A DNA stretch of 64,000 nt from Owenia fusiformis (lineage: Eukaryota), in NCBI GenBank assembly GCA_903813345.2, contig CAIIXF020000001.1, positions 20,832,001-20,896,000 on the forward strand, read 5' to 3'. Position numbers and translations under genes: made by a program. Below the pieces are notes generated by a model, which was not told where the DNA came from, ran no database searches, and saw nothing but the letters and a program-made list of their open reading frames with translations. Shown in pieces: positions 13,325 to 26,678 of this stretch (position 1 is its first letter; every line of letters starts with the position of its first letter).

Positions 13325-13359
<35 letters not shown>

Positions 13360-16300
13360 GAGTTACTCCCTATATTGGGGCCACTCAGCTTATTTTGTAG
13401 TATCTTACAGTATTGTTTTCATATTGTTTTTAGACTAAATATTGTATGAGCAATTTGGAGAAACGCTGTAATATGGGGAGGGTGTACTCCAAGGGCATAA
13501 ATCCCGAGAACTTTTACCAGTTCAAGATCACATTCAGTGATTTCTGGACCCTTTCAAGGTATTTTAATTGAAATAGAATCTATTTATAAGAAATTCAGAT
13601 TTTTCAATCATTTTCTTCTTAGGGGAGCGAGGGGGCAGCAAGGAATTCAAGATGCTCTCTGGTTAATTCTGAGCACTTTTAATGTGTTTGAGTAAAAAAA
13701 AATACTTTAGTTTTTGGGGTGCGCTGCCAGAAATTTTTATGATTTCATAATGTCACTTGTTGACTTCTAGGCACTTTTAATGTGTTTAAAATTAACAAAT
13801 GCAACTTCCAAACTTGTGAGGAGTGACCCACTCCCCCTAGAAAATTTTACACTTTTGAGATCTTATTTGGTGCTTTCTGGGCAATTTTAACGTGAATGAG
13901 TCGATAAAAAAATGTGAATTTTTCTTCAAACTCTTTTTGGGGGTATCAAAGAGAATGAGAGGGTGAAGTGGGATGGAGTGCCAGAGGGGGAGCAAAGGTT
14001 TGTCCCCAAGAAACATTGACCATATCAAGGTGCCATTTGATGATGTCTGGGCACTTTAAAAATGTCTGAGATAATACATGAAATTCAGAATTTTCTCTAT
14101 TGTTTGGTAGGAGATGTGAGGGGTGGCCAACTCTTCTAGGAAATTTTACAATTTTAAGATGATATTTGGTGCTTTTGGGCACCCTTTAAGTGTATGACTC
14201 AATCAATAAAAAACAATTACATTTTTTCAATTTTGGGGGGTTGTTAAAGGGGGGAGCCAGAGGGGGAGGTGGGATTAGGGTGCTAGAGGGGGAGCAAGTG
14301 TTTGTCCCCCATATCTGCCCCCCAGAAACATTGACCATATCAAGGTGCCATTTGATGATGTCTGGGCACTTTAAAAGTGTCTGAGACAATGCATGAAATA
14401 AATTCAGAATTTTTGTCAATTGTTTTGTGGGGGATGTGAGGGGTGGCCTACTTCCCTGGAAAATTTTACAATTTTAAGATGTTATTTGATGCTTTCTGGG
14501 CACTTTCGAAGTGAATGACTCAATAAAAAATATGAAAAAATCACAATATTTTGGGGGATGTTAAGGGGGAAGGGGGAGGTGGGGTGGGGATGCAAGAGGG
14601 CGAGTTAGTGTTAGTCTCCCAGAATCATTGACTATATCAAGGAGCTATTTGATGATGTCTGGGCACTTTACATGTGTCTGAGATGATACATAAAATAAAT
14701 TCTAAACTTTTCAATTGTTTTGTTTTGGGTGTGAGGGATGGCCCACTCCCCCTAGAAAATTTTACAATTTTAAAACGCTATTTAGTGCTCTCTTGGCGCT
14801 TTCAAAGTGTATGAGTCAATCACAATTTTTTTCAATTTTTTTGGAGGGGTGTCAAGGGGGGCGGGGTGCCAGAGGGGGAGGTGGGGAGGGGTGGGGATCC
14901 CGAGGGGGAGCAAGTGTTAGTCCCCCAGAACCGTTTACTATATCAAGGAGCTATGTGATGATGTCTTGGCACTTGGGCACTTTAAAAGTGTCTGAGACAA
15001 TACATAAAATAAATTCAGAACTTTTCCATTGCATTGAGGGGGTTGTGAGGGATGGCCTACTCCCTCTAGGAAATTTTACAATTTTAAGATGCTATTTGGT
15101 GCTTTCTGGGCACTTTAAAAGTGTATGAGACGATGAAAAAAAATTACCCAAAAAAATATTTTTCAAAAAAAAAATTAAAAATTTTTTTAAAAATTTTTTG
15201 GGGGGTGTCAAAGGGGGGTGCGGTCGCACCCATCGCACCCCCCCATCTGACGGCCCTGGGGTGTATTTCACTCCCTTCAGTTTGGAGAAAAGTAATTCAT
15301 TCATATGTATGTACTGTGTTTATCTCAGCAGTAAATATGAACCATTTGCTTCATCCATGTCTTCAATGTTGTCTTGTCTTCAGGGGCCAGGTGAATGGCA
15401 GATATATCACAAGACAGTACACACCTATAAGTGACCTCAAGGCCTTAGGCTACTTTGATATTCTAATCAAGGTACAACATAAAATTGTGTTTCAAGAGTA
15501 TATATTAAACTTCACAAATGCCTCAAATAAAGATACATTTAAAAGATGTCACTAGGGTAAATTATTCAATGGACTCTGTACTGCACCCTTGGTCCAAGGG
15601 TATAGCGTGTCAGCCATTTGAAATAACTAAATGGATCAAGATGATAATTGAACATATTGCTCTCCAATTGTTTTGTTGATGGCGTTCAATATTCGGTATC
15701 TGTAACAAATGGCAGGTGGTGACATTTTGCAGTTTCAGTTATAGCTGTTCAAATATGATACTGTCTTTTACATTCTTAGCTAGGTTACATTTTCCAATTC
15801 TTATTTTTTAGGTTTATCCTAAGGGTGAGATGTCCCAATATGTTAAAACCTGGAGAGTGGGGGACATATTGGAATGGAGGGGTCCATATGGGACATTTAC
15901 ATACAAGTCTAATACAGTAAGTGGATGTACTAAACAAGTAGTTTTTGGCCTTACACAGTGAGCCTATGGGATTGACCAGGTGTCCGTTCGTTGGTCCCTC
16001 TGTTGGCCTGTCCGTCCATCCGTCCATCCGTCCGTCACATATTTATTTCATCTGTCTATCTGTATTGTATTGTATTTTATGTATATGTATTTGTTTTATT
16101 TACTGCCGCACTGGAGTTTTCCATTGTGCCACTGATTAAAAGGTGTTTGGCAAATAAATAAATAAAATAAAAATTGGCCGCACAAATTAAAACTGCTATT
16201 CCGATTGAGTCATATCCACATTCATTTTATGCATATCCATTATGCCTATTTGACCTATCATCGCCATTTCCCAAGTTCGCCCGGTTTCCGAGAAATTGCT

Positions 16301-18883
16301 GATTTTGACGTAAAAAAAAGTAAAAATAAGTTATTTTTCAACTTGCTTCAATTTGACCAAATCGTCTACAAGTTGCCAGGAGTTCAAGTCTGACCTTAGT
16401 TTTGAGATTTGACCTTCAGTCACCTTCTAAAGGTCAAAAAAGTTGATTTTTCTAATTGATTATTTGGATGTAAATTTTGGTCACCTTAATCACAAAAGAC
16501 CTACTGAGCTCTGAATAAGTAAAATGTTCAAGGTCAAAGGTCCTCAAACTAGGTCACAAACTGTGCTATCTAAGTTTCTCAAAGTTCGAGACTACAAATC
16601 AAAATCAATAATTTTGTTTGAAAATCAGAATATACATTCCTCTGAAGGTTCTACACTGTGTGAGCAAAGGACCGTGGGTCCTTCATTGTTATGTCACCAC
16701 AGTCTCCAACCTTTTTCTGGACGGTGGTTGGTGTTTGGAGTTTGGTGGTCGGTGTTCAAATTTCTGTGTTTGCCATCTGTAACAAATGGCAGGTGGTGAA
16801 ATTTTGCATGTTCATGCCTTGTTACTGCTTGGAGTATTTACCATTACATTAGATCTCAGAGAAAAGTCCTTTTTAGAATGTTTTTTTATGGCGTAATATA
16901 TGACCAAAAGTTTTATTCTGTTCATTGTTAAAAGACAGAAATCGTGTACTGATTGAGGTCTTTGGCAATAGCCCGAATAAAATTTGAAGGCATATATTTG
17001 ACATAAATCATTAAATCGAGGTGTTTGTTTTACGATTCTAATATGATAAACAGACGAGATACACAACGATTTGCATTTATGAATTTTAGCGGTCATACAT
17101 ACTCCATATATACTCCAATATAGACCAGTAAATCAAATTCATAAATGCAAATAGTTGTGTTACATGTCTGTTTATCATATAATATAATATTATAATATTA
17201 GAATCATAACAAAGACCACAATTTTATGACTTATGTCAAATATATGACCTCAAATTTTATTCTGGCCATTGCCAAAGACCTCAATCGCTACGCCATTATT
17301 CTGTGCAAATTTCATGAGGATTGGGTAAAATCTGAAGAAATGCCAGATACTTTTACCTTATTTATTGATCACCCTGTATTACGCCATAAATCATAAAACC
17401 TTGGTCTTTATTCCTTAAATAACTCAACACATTGTACAACCAAAAGTGTGTGACACATTCTTGGTGAATATTGGTGGTAGTATTCAAATATTCTTGAAAG
17501 CAGATCAATTTGTAGACTTGTTTGTTAATGATAAACTTTAAACCTTCCCTGGGGCCTTGTTTATCACACACAAAAAGGTGTTATGCATGATTAACATTTA
17601 ACATCCTCTTTCACTACTGTTGTACTGGGTTATAGGTGGATGTTTGCTCTGGCGGGATAAAAACATTGTGACCATGTTTCAAACAGTTAAGAGACTCATT
17701 TTAATTCTCAGGGCTGCCTCATGTTGTGCCAAACCTTGACCAAATTATTTTTATTACAGTATCGCCATCTATTGTTAGTAGCTGCAGGCACAGGCATTGC
17801 TCCAATGGTACAAGTTATACAAGACATACTTGAGAATGAAGAAGATGAAACATTTATTCGACTGGTTTTCTCTGTAAAGACCTACCAAGATATTATATTG
17901 AAGGATCTACTAAAGAAATGGCAGTGTTACTGGAATTTCACTGTTACTTATGTTATAAGCCAGGTAATCGATAAAACAAATAGCAGAATTGACTGAAAAG
18001 GGAATCAACCCCCTTATTCTATGCGTACCATAGTGGAGGGTGGACTTTCTTTTCAGCACAGTTTTATTATCTGTTCCTGTGGCTTTGGTCAAGAGGTAAA
18101 CCAAAACACTATGTCAGTGAAAACATGATCAAAGTATGCAATGAGGGAGGGGATTAGAGTCTGGAACATTTGGTGAAGCCTATCAGATTTATTATTATGC
18201 CTGTATGTCTAGCGATGATTCCTTCATTCATTTGCAAAACACCTTAGATTGTTTGTTATTTTACACATTTTGAGGAATTTAATTGAACCAATAATTTCAT
18301 AAAGTGCTCCCTTTTAGCTTTATAATGTTCCTTGGTTGATTTGCCTGGCATAGAAGGTTGTTTTTTACATTAAACTTAAAACAAACAGTTTCATTTAATT
18401 AGATCCAAATTAAGTTAGTTAAGTTATTTAAGATACTAACTTGCTGTATGTCAATAACAGGACAAAAATAACAATGGTTTCACAATTTATAGTCTTGCTT
18501 CAAGCTCCCCCCCCCCCTCCTGCACACCCCACTATGCAAGTCTAGCGATGAGGTAGATAAAGAGGGGGAGGGCTAAGAGACTTGGGGCAAGGCTAAATTT
18601 GAGACATTGTATTAATCAACTAAAACATTTATGATATGCAATAACAATTACATTCTTATTTTAATTTTTCTTAATTTTCTCCATTTAGGATCCTACATGT
18701 ATTGGGAAATATGGAGAAGATATCCACATTGGCAGAATTACTGAGGACTTTCTCGTGGCAGAGTTAGATAAATGTGTGGGATCAAAACTCATATTGATAT
18801 GTGGTACCAAGTCATTTGATAAAGATATTGTGAATTATGTCCGTAGATATGGTATACAAAAAGACAATTATTTTAGATTTTAA
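11739..18883 (+). CDS. CYB5RL: NADH-cytochrome b5 reductase-like protein with N-terminal oxidoreductase-like Cys domain
   Basis: Exons 11739-12071 (PPEEPLQSDCCGTGCSPCVFDIY), 12828-12973 (LGLTVGQHIILR), 15384-15471 (RQYTPIS, FAD-binding RxY), 15812-15916 (YPKGEMS...RGPYG), 17760-17963 (AAGTGIAPM, NAD-binding), 18689-18883 (GRI...ICGTKSF...YFRF*). GT-AG introns with consistent phases. Confidence 0.92.
13206..15258. mobile_element. About 2-kb non-autonomous DNA transposon with internal ~310-bp tandem repeats
   Basis: Ends CAGGCCCGT / ACGGCCCTG flanked by GGGT on both sides; AAGGGGGGTGCGG occurs near both ends. A unit containing CATTGACCATATCAAGG...GATGTCTGGGCACTTT recurs near 14010, 14325, 14620 and 14930. 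Confidence 0.75.
15942..16690 (+). mobile_element. Helentron-associated (HINE/DINE-like) non-autonomous element
   Basis: T-run start; subterminal inverted repeat CTTACACAGTG (~15950) / CACTGTGTGAG (~16654); GTCC/ATCC microsatellite at ~16008-16036; 3' hairpin AAGGACC-gtg-GGTCCTT followed by TTGTT. Confidence 0.65.
16689..16824 (+). mobile_element. Short Helentron-like element, copy of the family at 29111-29266
   Basis: TTATGTCACCAC...TCTGTAACAAATGGCAGGTGGTGA...TTTTGCATGTTCATGCCTT aligns by eye with 29111-29266; a partial 3' copy sits at ~15699-15732. Confidence 0.65.
16951..17286. repeat. Imperfect foldback inverted repeat (arms ~140-150 bp), probably MITE-derived
   Basis: GATTGAGGTCTTTGGCAAT...TTGCATTTATGAATTT (16951-17087) pairs with AAATTCATAAATGCAA...ATTGCCAAAGACCTCAATC (17135-17286). 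Confidence 0.75.
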
Positions 18884-21110
18884 CATGCTGACTCTGCTTT
18901 ACCCTGAGTGTCACACTTTTGCATATAAGATGAAGCACTCATCACCTTTGAACTACCCAGAGTGACAAGATTTCTCGTCACCTTAGAAATGACAAAGAAG
19001 GAAAATCAAACTTTTTAATAGAGTACAAGCTTGTTTATTATGTTTTATGCTGTGATTAAATTGAATATGGAGTTCATGTCATTGAATCCCTATGTCATCT
19101 TGATCCATAAGGTATCAACTGTTCCTACCTCTTTGATAGAACCAGCAGAAAGTGACAATAACTCTGTTAGAAACAATGCCACAACCCGAAGTTTATTTGT
19201 AATATATGAATTAATTGGATATTTTAGACAAAATCCATGTGTTAATGTGGCAAGGAAACTCAGTCAGTCTGCAGCTTTAGATATTGATACAGATTGAATT
19301 AAGCAGTAGTGATGCTCTTACATGTAATTATCAAAACAATGACTTTTCCTTTATAGTTAAACCATTAAAATAACATTTGAATTAACTTGAGCAATTACCA
19401 TGTAAAAGTCTGTGAGTTTGAAAAAATAATGGGAGTAGGTTTAATCTTATCTAGTACCAAGACCATCTCTATGTTTTGAAAACGAGATGGTATTGACACA
19501 AGAGAAGTCTTATCCTTTGTCAAATTCATTATGTGAAATTGATTTCTGACCTGCTCCCCTGTATGATTAGTGTATATGTTGATCATGCCATGCTCACTTA
19601 CTTATATATGATAATAGCCAATGATAATTATCAACCCTTTGATGTACTGCTTTTGTTTCATTGATATATTAGATATATCATGCAATACAATTTATTAAGA
19701 CATTTTGATTACATCTGTGTTCACTTATTTGTTAATTCTGTTTACACTGATTGACCATAGACCCATAGGTGGAGACGCTCTGATCAGTTAGACTATTTGG
19801 AGTTTTGACTTACATCAGAGTTAGTGACCAGTGCTTTTGCGACATTATTTGAGGTTTATTTCATGTGTTTATAAATTTTCTGGACAATTTGAAATGAATA
19901 ATTGGCAGAATGAAACAGAAATACATTTATGCAGAAAATTTGATTGTCATGTTGTACGTACATTAGGTGTGATATAATACAATGACACAATTTATGAGCA
20001 TGCTAGTTTAAGTTAACACTGGTTGCCATACTAATTGAAACAAACATGCAAAATGTACATTTACCATTGCACATGTACCTGTATTTTTATGTATATTTAA
20101 GATTACTGTGCATTTTGTTTATAATATACTAATTGTTTATAATATACTGAATTTGATCATATTCCCACAAATCTGCATTCAAAATACTTTTTTTATTTAT
20201 AATATCATAAAAATTGATAGAATATGATGTGGTATGATATGATATTACATGATGTAATAAAATATGATATGATGTGATATCAACATTTCAAGTAAATTGG
20301 GAAGAAAGTGATTCATCAAACACATATTAAAAGCAAGATTGCTAGAGGCTCCTAAGCATGTTGAGTTTACCACAGACAAATGATTTAATTAACTTTATAT
20401 TGGACTGTATTATAATGAGAGAAATGCCTCAGGTACTTGGCTTGATAATATAGATATCACTTTTTGTTTAGTTGTATGCTAGATGTATGGATTCTTTTTT
20501 AATTAGTTGCATATGTATTTATGATGTGATGATGAGAACAAATAAGTGAATTTTGAGGTCAGCATTTAGAGATGTACTATTTCACATTGGAAGGATTACA
20601 CTAAACGTCATGGAAAACTCATGATACCAGAACAGAATGATACAATGATTGACATTAAAATTTAGTGCCAAAAATTAAATTGATTTTGGAGAATTGGTGA
20701 CATTTTGACCAACTAGGAGATTCAACTCCACCTTTTCAAAACAAAAATCAGGTAAATTAAAATTTATTTTCATTTCATATGTGTTTTAATCATAAATCAT
20801 TTCTTCTTTGTAACTCTTTTATACTTTGTACATATATTTGCATTTAAATCTTGATTCTCAATGTTTTACCGCTGGTGATATGATTTCAATGCATGTGACA
20901 ATGGGAGGGACATTTAATAGCACTGAATTAATTTTATGTGAACCTCATAATTAATTCATTTGAAGGTGACTTGGTTCTAGGCAGTATTACCTTTTATTAA
21001 TGCAGTTACAAACAATGTAATGTCTCATAGAAATCCAGGACTTATTCACTTCTTGCAAAGATTTAATAATGACAAAAGCTGAAATGAGATATTTCTGCAA
21101 ATATTTCAGA

Positions 21111-24100
21111 ATGCGGAATATTGTGTTGATCCTTAGTGTTGTGGTGCTAGTCATTGGTGCTGAGTGTCAGACCACAGACTCTGTCATTGAAGACAATGAC
21201 ATTACAACAATGTCACAAGATGATGTAAGTAATGATACCAAAGACAAAGATGACATGGATAATGACATCAAACCAGATGATGTACCTGATAAGGCTGAAG
21301 CAACTAATATTCCGCCACAAATAAAGCCAGGATTCTGTGATTCAGTTGCACAAACAGGTTGCAATCTTACAAACAATGAGAGGTGTATAGGAGAAGGGGT
21401 GCACGCAGGACAATGTGCTTGTATAGCTGGCCATGTGAGAGGCTCAGATGCAAGGACGTGTGTAGGTAAGTAAGACAGGCTACACGGGAACACAGTAAAA
21501 TACACTTTATTTGGTTGTCATAATGTCATTCATATCTAATGGTTGTGCTGTTGTGCTTTTTAAAATGACTCTCATTTTTGTACTCTCAAAACGAGAGTCA
21601 CAGGGGAGAATATTTCAACAACACAACACCTATATACCATAAAGTACATGTAATCAATTCAAATTCATCATGTTTCAGCTGTGAAGACTTACTATGGTCA
21701 GGTGCCTACCAGGCTGAAGTATATAGAAGGCTGGGGAAGCACATTAAACCTTGTTACTGTCCAGTTGAGGAGCATGGTACATCAAGGGGTAACATAAACA
21801 TATATTAGTAATATACTTGCATATGATTATTTTGTGATCCTAAACAAACCAAATATTAATTTTCAACCTATAAACTTATTGTTATTGTTGTGTCATTGGT
21901 ATCATTACATAAAGTCTTTCTCTATGATTGTTTTTGTCTTATTCCTACACTTCAAAAATACAAGTTAAACACAAGGGTGAACAGCATTCAGACACTTGTA
22001 CCTGAAATTACAAACACACCAATTAGTGTAAAGTAATCCAGAATCCCTCTCTGCTTAGATAGAAGCTGTCATTGATTGAGCCACTGCATATAACAAAATA
22101 TTGTAAAAATGTTTATTTTTCAGTTATTGAATGTATTCGAGAGTTCCCCAACATTCAGCAGTCTGATTATATCCCTAGAGCTGAGTGGGTTCAGACGTAG
22201 CAGTAACCATAGCGTCATCATAGAATTCAAGGTTCACCTCAGCCGAACACTTGTCCCTATAAGTAATCCCAATGAGATTGACCACTATTTTAAGATGACT
22301 CTAGAATCAAGTGCATCAAGGCTTCCAAATGGCCACTACACATTGGGCAATGTGGGCATTGAGTTGGCTGATAACAAAGAAATGTTGGAAACTATAGTCG
22401 GCCAATCTAGTTTGCAAGGTAAAATCTATAAAGTCCTCCATTTCTAAGTAAAGGGGCCAAGTCAAATCTGAAGGAGTAATTTTTCCAAATATAAGTACAT
22501 CAATGGGACAGGAACATGTATTGAGTTGGTGGTTGTACCACTAATGTTCAATAGACAATGGTATCAGAAACATGGAAGAGAGTCTGAGCCTTTCATAGTT
22601 CAGTTTCAAGAGAGATATATTCATTTAGGCATGACCCCTTATCTTGATTGATAATTGAGGAAATTGAAAGATGGAGCTGTTTTTTCACTAATATATTCTA
22701 TAACCTTTGATCTATAATGATTTTAATGATTCTAGAATAGGTGTACTGTATGTTCAAAATCTTATCACTAGCAGCATTATGTTGTTTAAATTTTATCATG
22801 TCATTATTTATTCTGGAAGGGGATTGAAACAAAGTCCTTTAAATCATTGCAAATCTATGTTCCAGCTTCCAGCCCATGTGTTGATCCCTCTCTTAACTAC
22901 TGTAGCAGAGATGCTGTGTGTTCCCCTACAATGCGATCATTTATTTGCTCTTGTAAAGATGGCTTCTCTGACAACCCACTTACCAATGGTCCCCCTGGAG
23001 AAAGGTGTACATGTAAGTGCCTCCAATTCCTAATCATATAAGTACATTTACTAGTGTATTAGGTTGTTGCTTATTACTCTTGCCAGCTATCATTGAAAGA
23101 GGGTGGGGGGATGATTTAATGTCAATATTGATAGCTTGATATATTTACCTGTTATTTAAGGATTTATGATATCTAGTTATACGAGGGATGATCAAAAAGT
23201 TTGTTGAAACATTGAGAGATATTATGAGAACTTTTTGATCACCCCTTATGTATATTATTATCTTTCAGTGGATTGTAACTGCCAAAATAATGGCATGTGT
23301 CGACAAGGGAGCAGTGGAGAAAAAATATGCTTGTGAGTAGTTAAATGTGTTTTTGTTCTTGCTCAAGTTTGGAAATGAATGCTTGAATAATGTATTTCTT
23401 GTTGTAGTAAGTAGCACAAAAAGTTCCAAATTCTTCAAAAACATGCAATCATGAATTTTGCCATATTTATTGGATGAGTAATTTTTGAAGGTGGAAGTTA
23501 TCAATTATCGTTAGTGTAAAGGAAATTAGTGTAAAGTAGTGTATTTAAGAATCAGAGTTTTAGGCACTTCAATACTTGAGTTTTGATTGTGCATCTCTTA
23601 CCAACATTCTTCTATTGCCATTTTGCTTCCATGTTTCAGATGTAGTGGATGGTATTTTGGAGCCAGATGTGAGATTAATGGAATCTACTTTATCATAGTT
23701 GGAGCAGTGCTTTTCTTCCTCATGTTTATCTTCTGCATCATTTCACTCATCTGTTGTGTAAAGAACAAGAGAAACAAGCGTAGGTATGTCATTCATGATC
23801 AATGTTAAAAAAACAACTCAATGACCAAAACATGTATGGGCATTTTATTTGTGCACTCTACATTTACAAGAATTTTAACCATACCCAGCAATAGCTTTTT
23901 ATTAATGTCTCATCTCATACATGTTCACTTAAATGATCACCTACAGTGACATCTTTTTGTGGCTTATTTGTTTTATGCCCCATTTCAGTTACTACCACCA
24001 AAATGATGACTTGATGTTGGATAATGTTTTTGAAAGCTTGTTATAATGGCATATTGGACATGAATTTTATTTAGTTTCAAACATTTTTGCCTAAAGAATT

Positions 24101-26678
24101 GTAAGTTTGTACAACATTCCATTCCTATGAATTCCAGCAATATTGGATGGAAAAATAAACTTTCCCATGAGATAAAAAGTGTTTAACAATGCTATATATA
24201 GATTTTTGATTTTCCAGAATAAAAACTGAAAACTTTGAGACAGCTTCATACACAGATTCTACAATGGTGATTAAAACCAGGAGACCTCGGAACAGTTGGA
24301 AATATTACGATTATTCCGAGTCTCAATCCAAGCCACAGGGTCCACCAGTAGCTGGAGTTCAAGGTAGTGTTTATGAGAACCCTCGTAGGTTTGATGCTCC
24401 ATCGTACCAAGAACGCCACCAGTATGATGACCTCCAAGATGCACCTCCATACAGAAATTATGCTGTCCCTTATGCAAGTGTTGAGCCAAGAACATATTAT
24501 CATTATGATGTAAGACTACTTTGACACTTACAATATACACAATGTCATGTTTTTCCATTTTCTTAAACATTGGGTTTTTGTTATGAGGAGCTTTTTGCAT
24601 GTTTTTCTATTCATGTTCTAACCATGACGACACATATGAAAACCATATTATGGCAACACATGCATTCCGCTAAACCAGCATTGCTCACATGTTGCTCACC
24701 TATTGCAATTACAGTACTTATATTTCCCTCTGTTTGTCTGTCTGTTTATTCATTTGTCTGTCTGTCTGTCAACAATAGTGCCACATTTTATGAGGTCTCT
24801 TGATACAATTCCAAATAAATTTGCTTGAAATTGTACAGGTACTTCTCCACTTCATAAGATTAACTCTATCACCATTCTCTCTTGAATCTTTACTTACAGT
24901 GTATCAAAATAAAGCTGATATGAAAAAAGTACATATAATACTTCCAATCCTCAGTCTAAACATGGCTTTTAAAGTTTCAACAAACTTCTTTGAATGCACT
25001 TCGACCATGTGACCGGCCCAGTACCCATGGTACTATTTATTCTAAAATGTATACCTTACATGTACTTTATAATGTAAAACACATATGAAATGAGTCGAAT
25101 CCACAATATGTTACTGTGTTCCAGGCGGCCCCACCAGTGCCAGATTATCGCCCCTCTGATGCATATATGATTCCAAGAGCAAGGCTCTCTTACCCAGTAG
25201 GTCTTATTTTTTATTTATTATTTATTTACATGCAGTCATAATTTAATTATTATGTAATTATCATTCAGGGGTAAAGAGAACATCCCATGTGTGCATGCAT
25301 CCCCATTAATCCTAAGAAATAAAATTGGGGGAAACATCCGAATAGTGATGAAAAAATTTAATTTCAAAAGTAAAACCATTTTCATAATGCACACACACAC
25401 TCAAATTTCACAAAAATTGTAGCACCTAATAGCACAAAGGTTTATAATCACACCGAACAAGTTTTGTAGGGATATAGAAAAGCTGTCCATCTGTCTGTCC
25501 ATGCGTCTTTTCCTCTCTGCGTTCCTCCATTCATTCGTTTATCTGCAAGATAGTTCCAAATACTGGTTGACAAATTTGATTCAAATTTTTTGGGCTTATG
25601 CCTTATGGGTGAAGGACCTGCTTGAGAAGAAATTTGGCCACCATTTTTCATAAAAGTGTAATCTTTGATAACTTAAATACTAGTTAACAGATTTGGTTTA
25701 AATTTTTGGGTTGCGATCTAAACACAATTTGAGAAATTATTGGTGTATACATGAATCTTGAAACCTATTTAAATTAAGCATTTATATTATTCAAAAGCAT
25801 TGATTCCCAGCCATTTGAAGTATGATATCTTAAAATACCTGGGTTTTAATCCATAGATAATCCTTGAAAATGAGAAATACATTTTGGGATTATATGGTGC
25901 AATCTTATAGTCAATAAAATGTTTTAAAGTGTATTGATGTTTTATGGATGAAAAACAAAAGTGAAATGCATGAAAAAACTCCCCTGATTCATTCTACAAA
26001 CAATTACCCCCCCCCCTTTATATGCTGATACCTAGGGACACAAGAGCTTTACACTGAGAAGGAATTTTCAAGATGGCAGCTGAATTTCAAAATGGCCCCC
26101 ATATTTTGTAAAATATCATAATCTTCAATAACTCAAAATTTTTTTGACAGATTTGGTTTTAATATTATGTGCTGATGGCTAGAGACAAAGGAGTTCTGCT
26201 CAAGAAGACATTTTCAAGATGGCTACTGAATTTAAAATGGCTACTTTTTTCATAAAAAAAACATAAGCTTTGATAACTCAAATACCAGTGGACGGATTTG
26301 GTTCAAATTTTATATCCTGATACCTGTTCAAGGAGAAATCTTGAAGATGGCCACTATTTATCAAAATATGTTTTGTTTGCTGGGATTTGCTACTCAGTTG
26401 TGTTGCTGTTTTCTAATTTGGGGTAATGCATATCATGTGTTTAGGTTGTTTTTATTTTATTGTTGTATAATAGAAACCTAATTCACATGGGAACATTCAA
26501 AATGACAGTATACAATGATTGATGTTGAGTAGTGGCAATGACGAGGCATCTTTGATGTTTTGTGATGTTTTGTGATCTCTTGTAGGGTCCCTATACTGAG
26601 AGGAGCACTAACTATGGCACATCTGGATCTTGGGTTTGGCAAACACCAGGATCAAACGCTTATGCAGGCCCTTTCTAG
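21111..26678 (+). CDS. Type I membrane protein: signal peptide, acidic/Thr stalk, EGF, SEA-like, two EGF, TM, Tyr-rich tail (transmembrane-mucin-like architecture)
   Basis: Exons 21111-21465 (MRNIVLILSVVVLVIGAEC; EGF CNLTNNERC...CACIAG...C), 21679-21776, 22124-22418 (SEA-like, GFRRSSNHSVIIEF), 22866-23012 (EGF), 23269-23332, 23640-23783 (CSGWYFGARCE plus hydrophobic TM plus KNKRNKRR), 24218-24509, 25125-25196 (YMIPRARL), 26586-26678. Phases are consistent; the last two exons are less certain. Confidence 0.8.
23180..23248. mobile_element. Very short mariner-type MITE remnant
   Basis: TACGAGGGATGATCAAAAAGTT ... AACTTTTTGATCACCCCTTA inverted termini, resembling mariner TA-CGAGGG ends. Confidence 0.6.
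25441..26412 (+). mobile_element. Degenerate Helentron-like/non-autonomous element with internal repeats
   Basis: GTCC/GTCT microsatellite near the 5' end; recurring CAGATTTGGTTT..AATTTT (25689, 26148, 26293) and TTTTCAAGATGGC motifs. Boundaries approximate. Confidence 0.45.

Noticed and set aside
13170..15304. Several short Gly/Pro-rich ORFs
   Set aside because: Products of G-tracts and tandem units in the intronic transposon.
6600..18595. Two short segments beginning TAGTCTTGCTTCAAG (6600-6660 and 18490-18595) with inverted ends, possibly a TAG...CTA mini-transposon family
   Set aside because: The similarity is real but short, with no clean TSD; too degenerate to classify.
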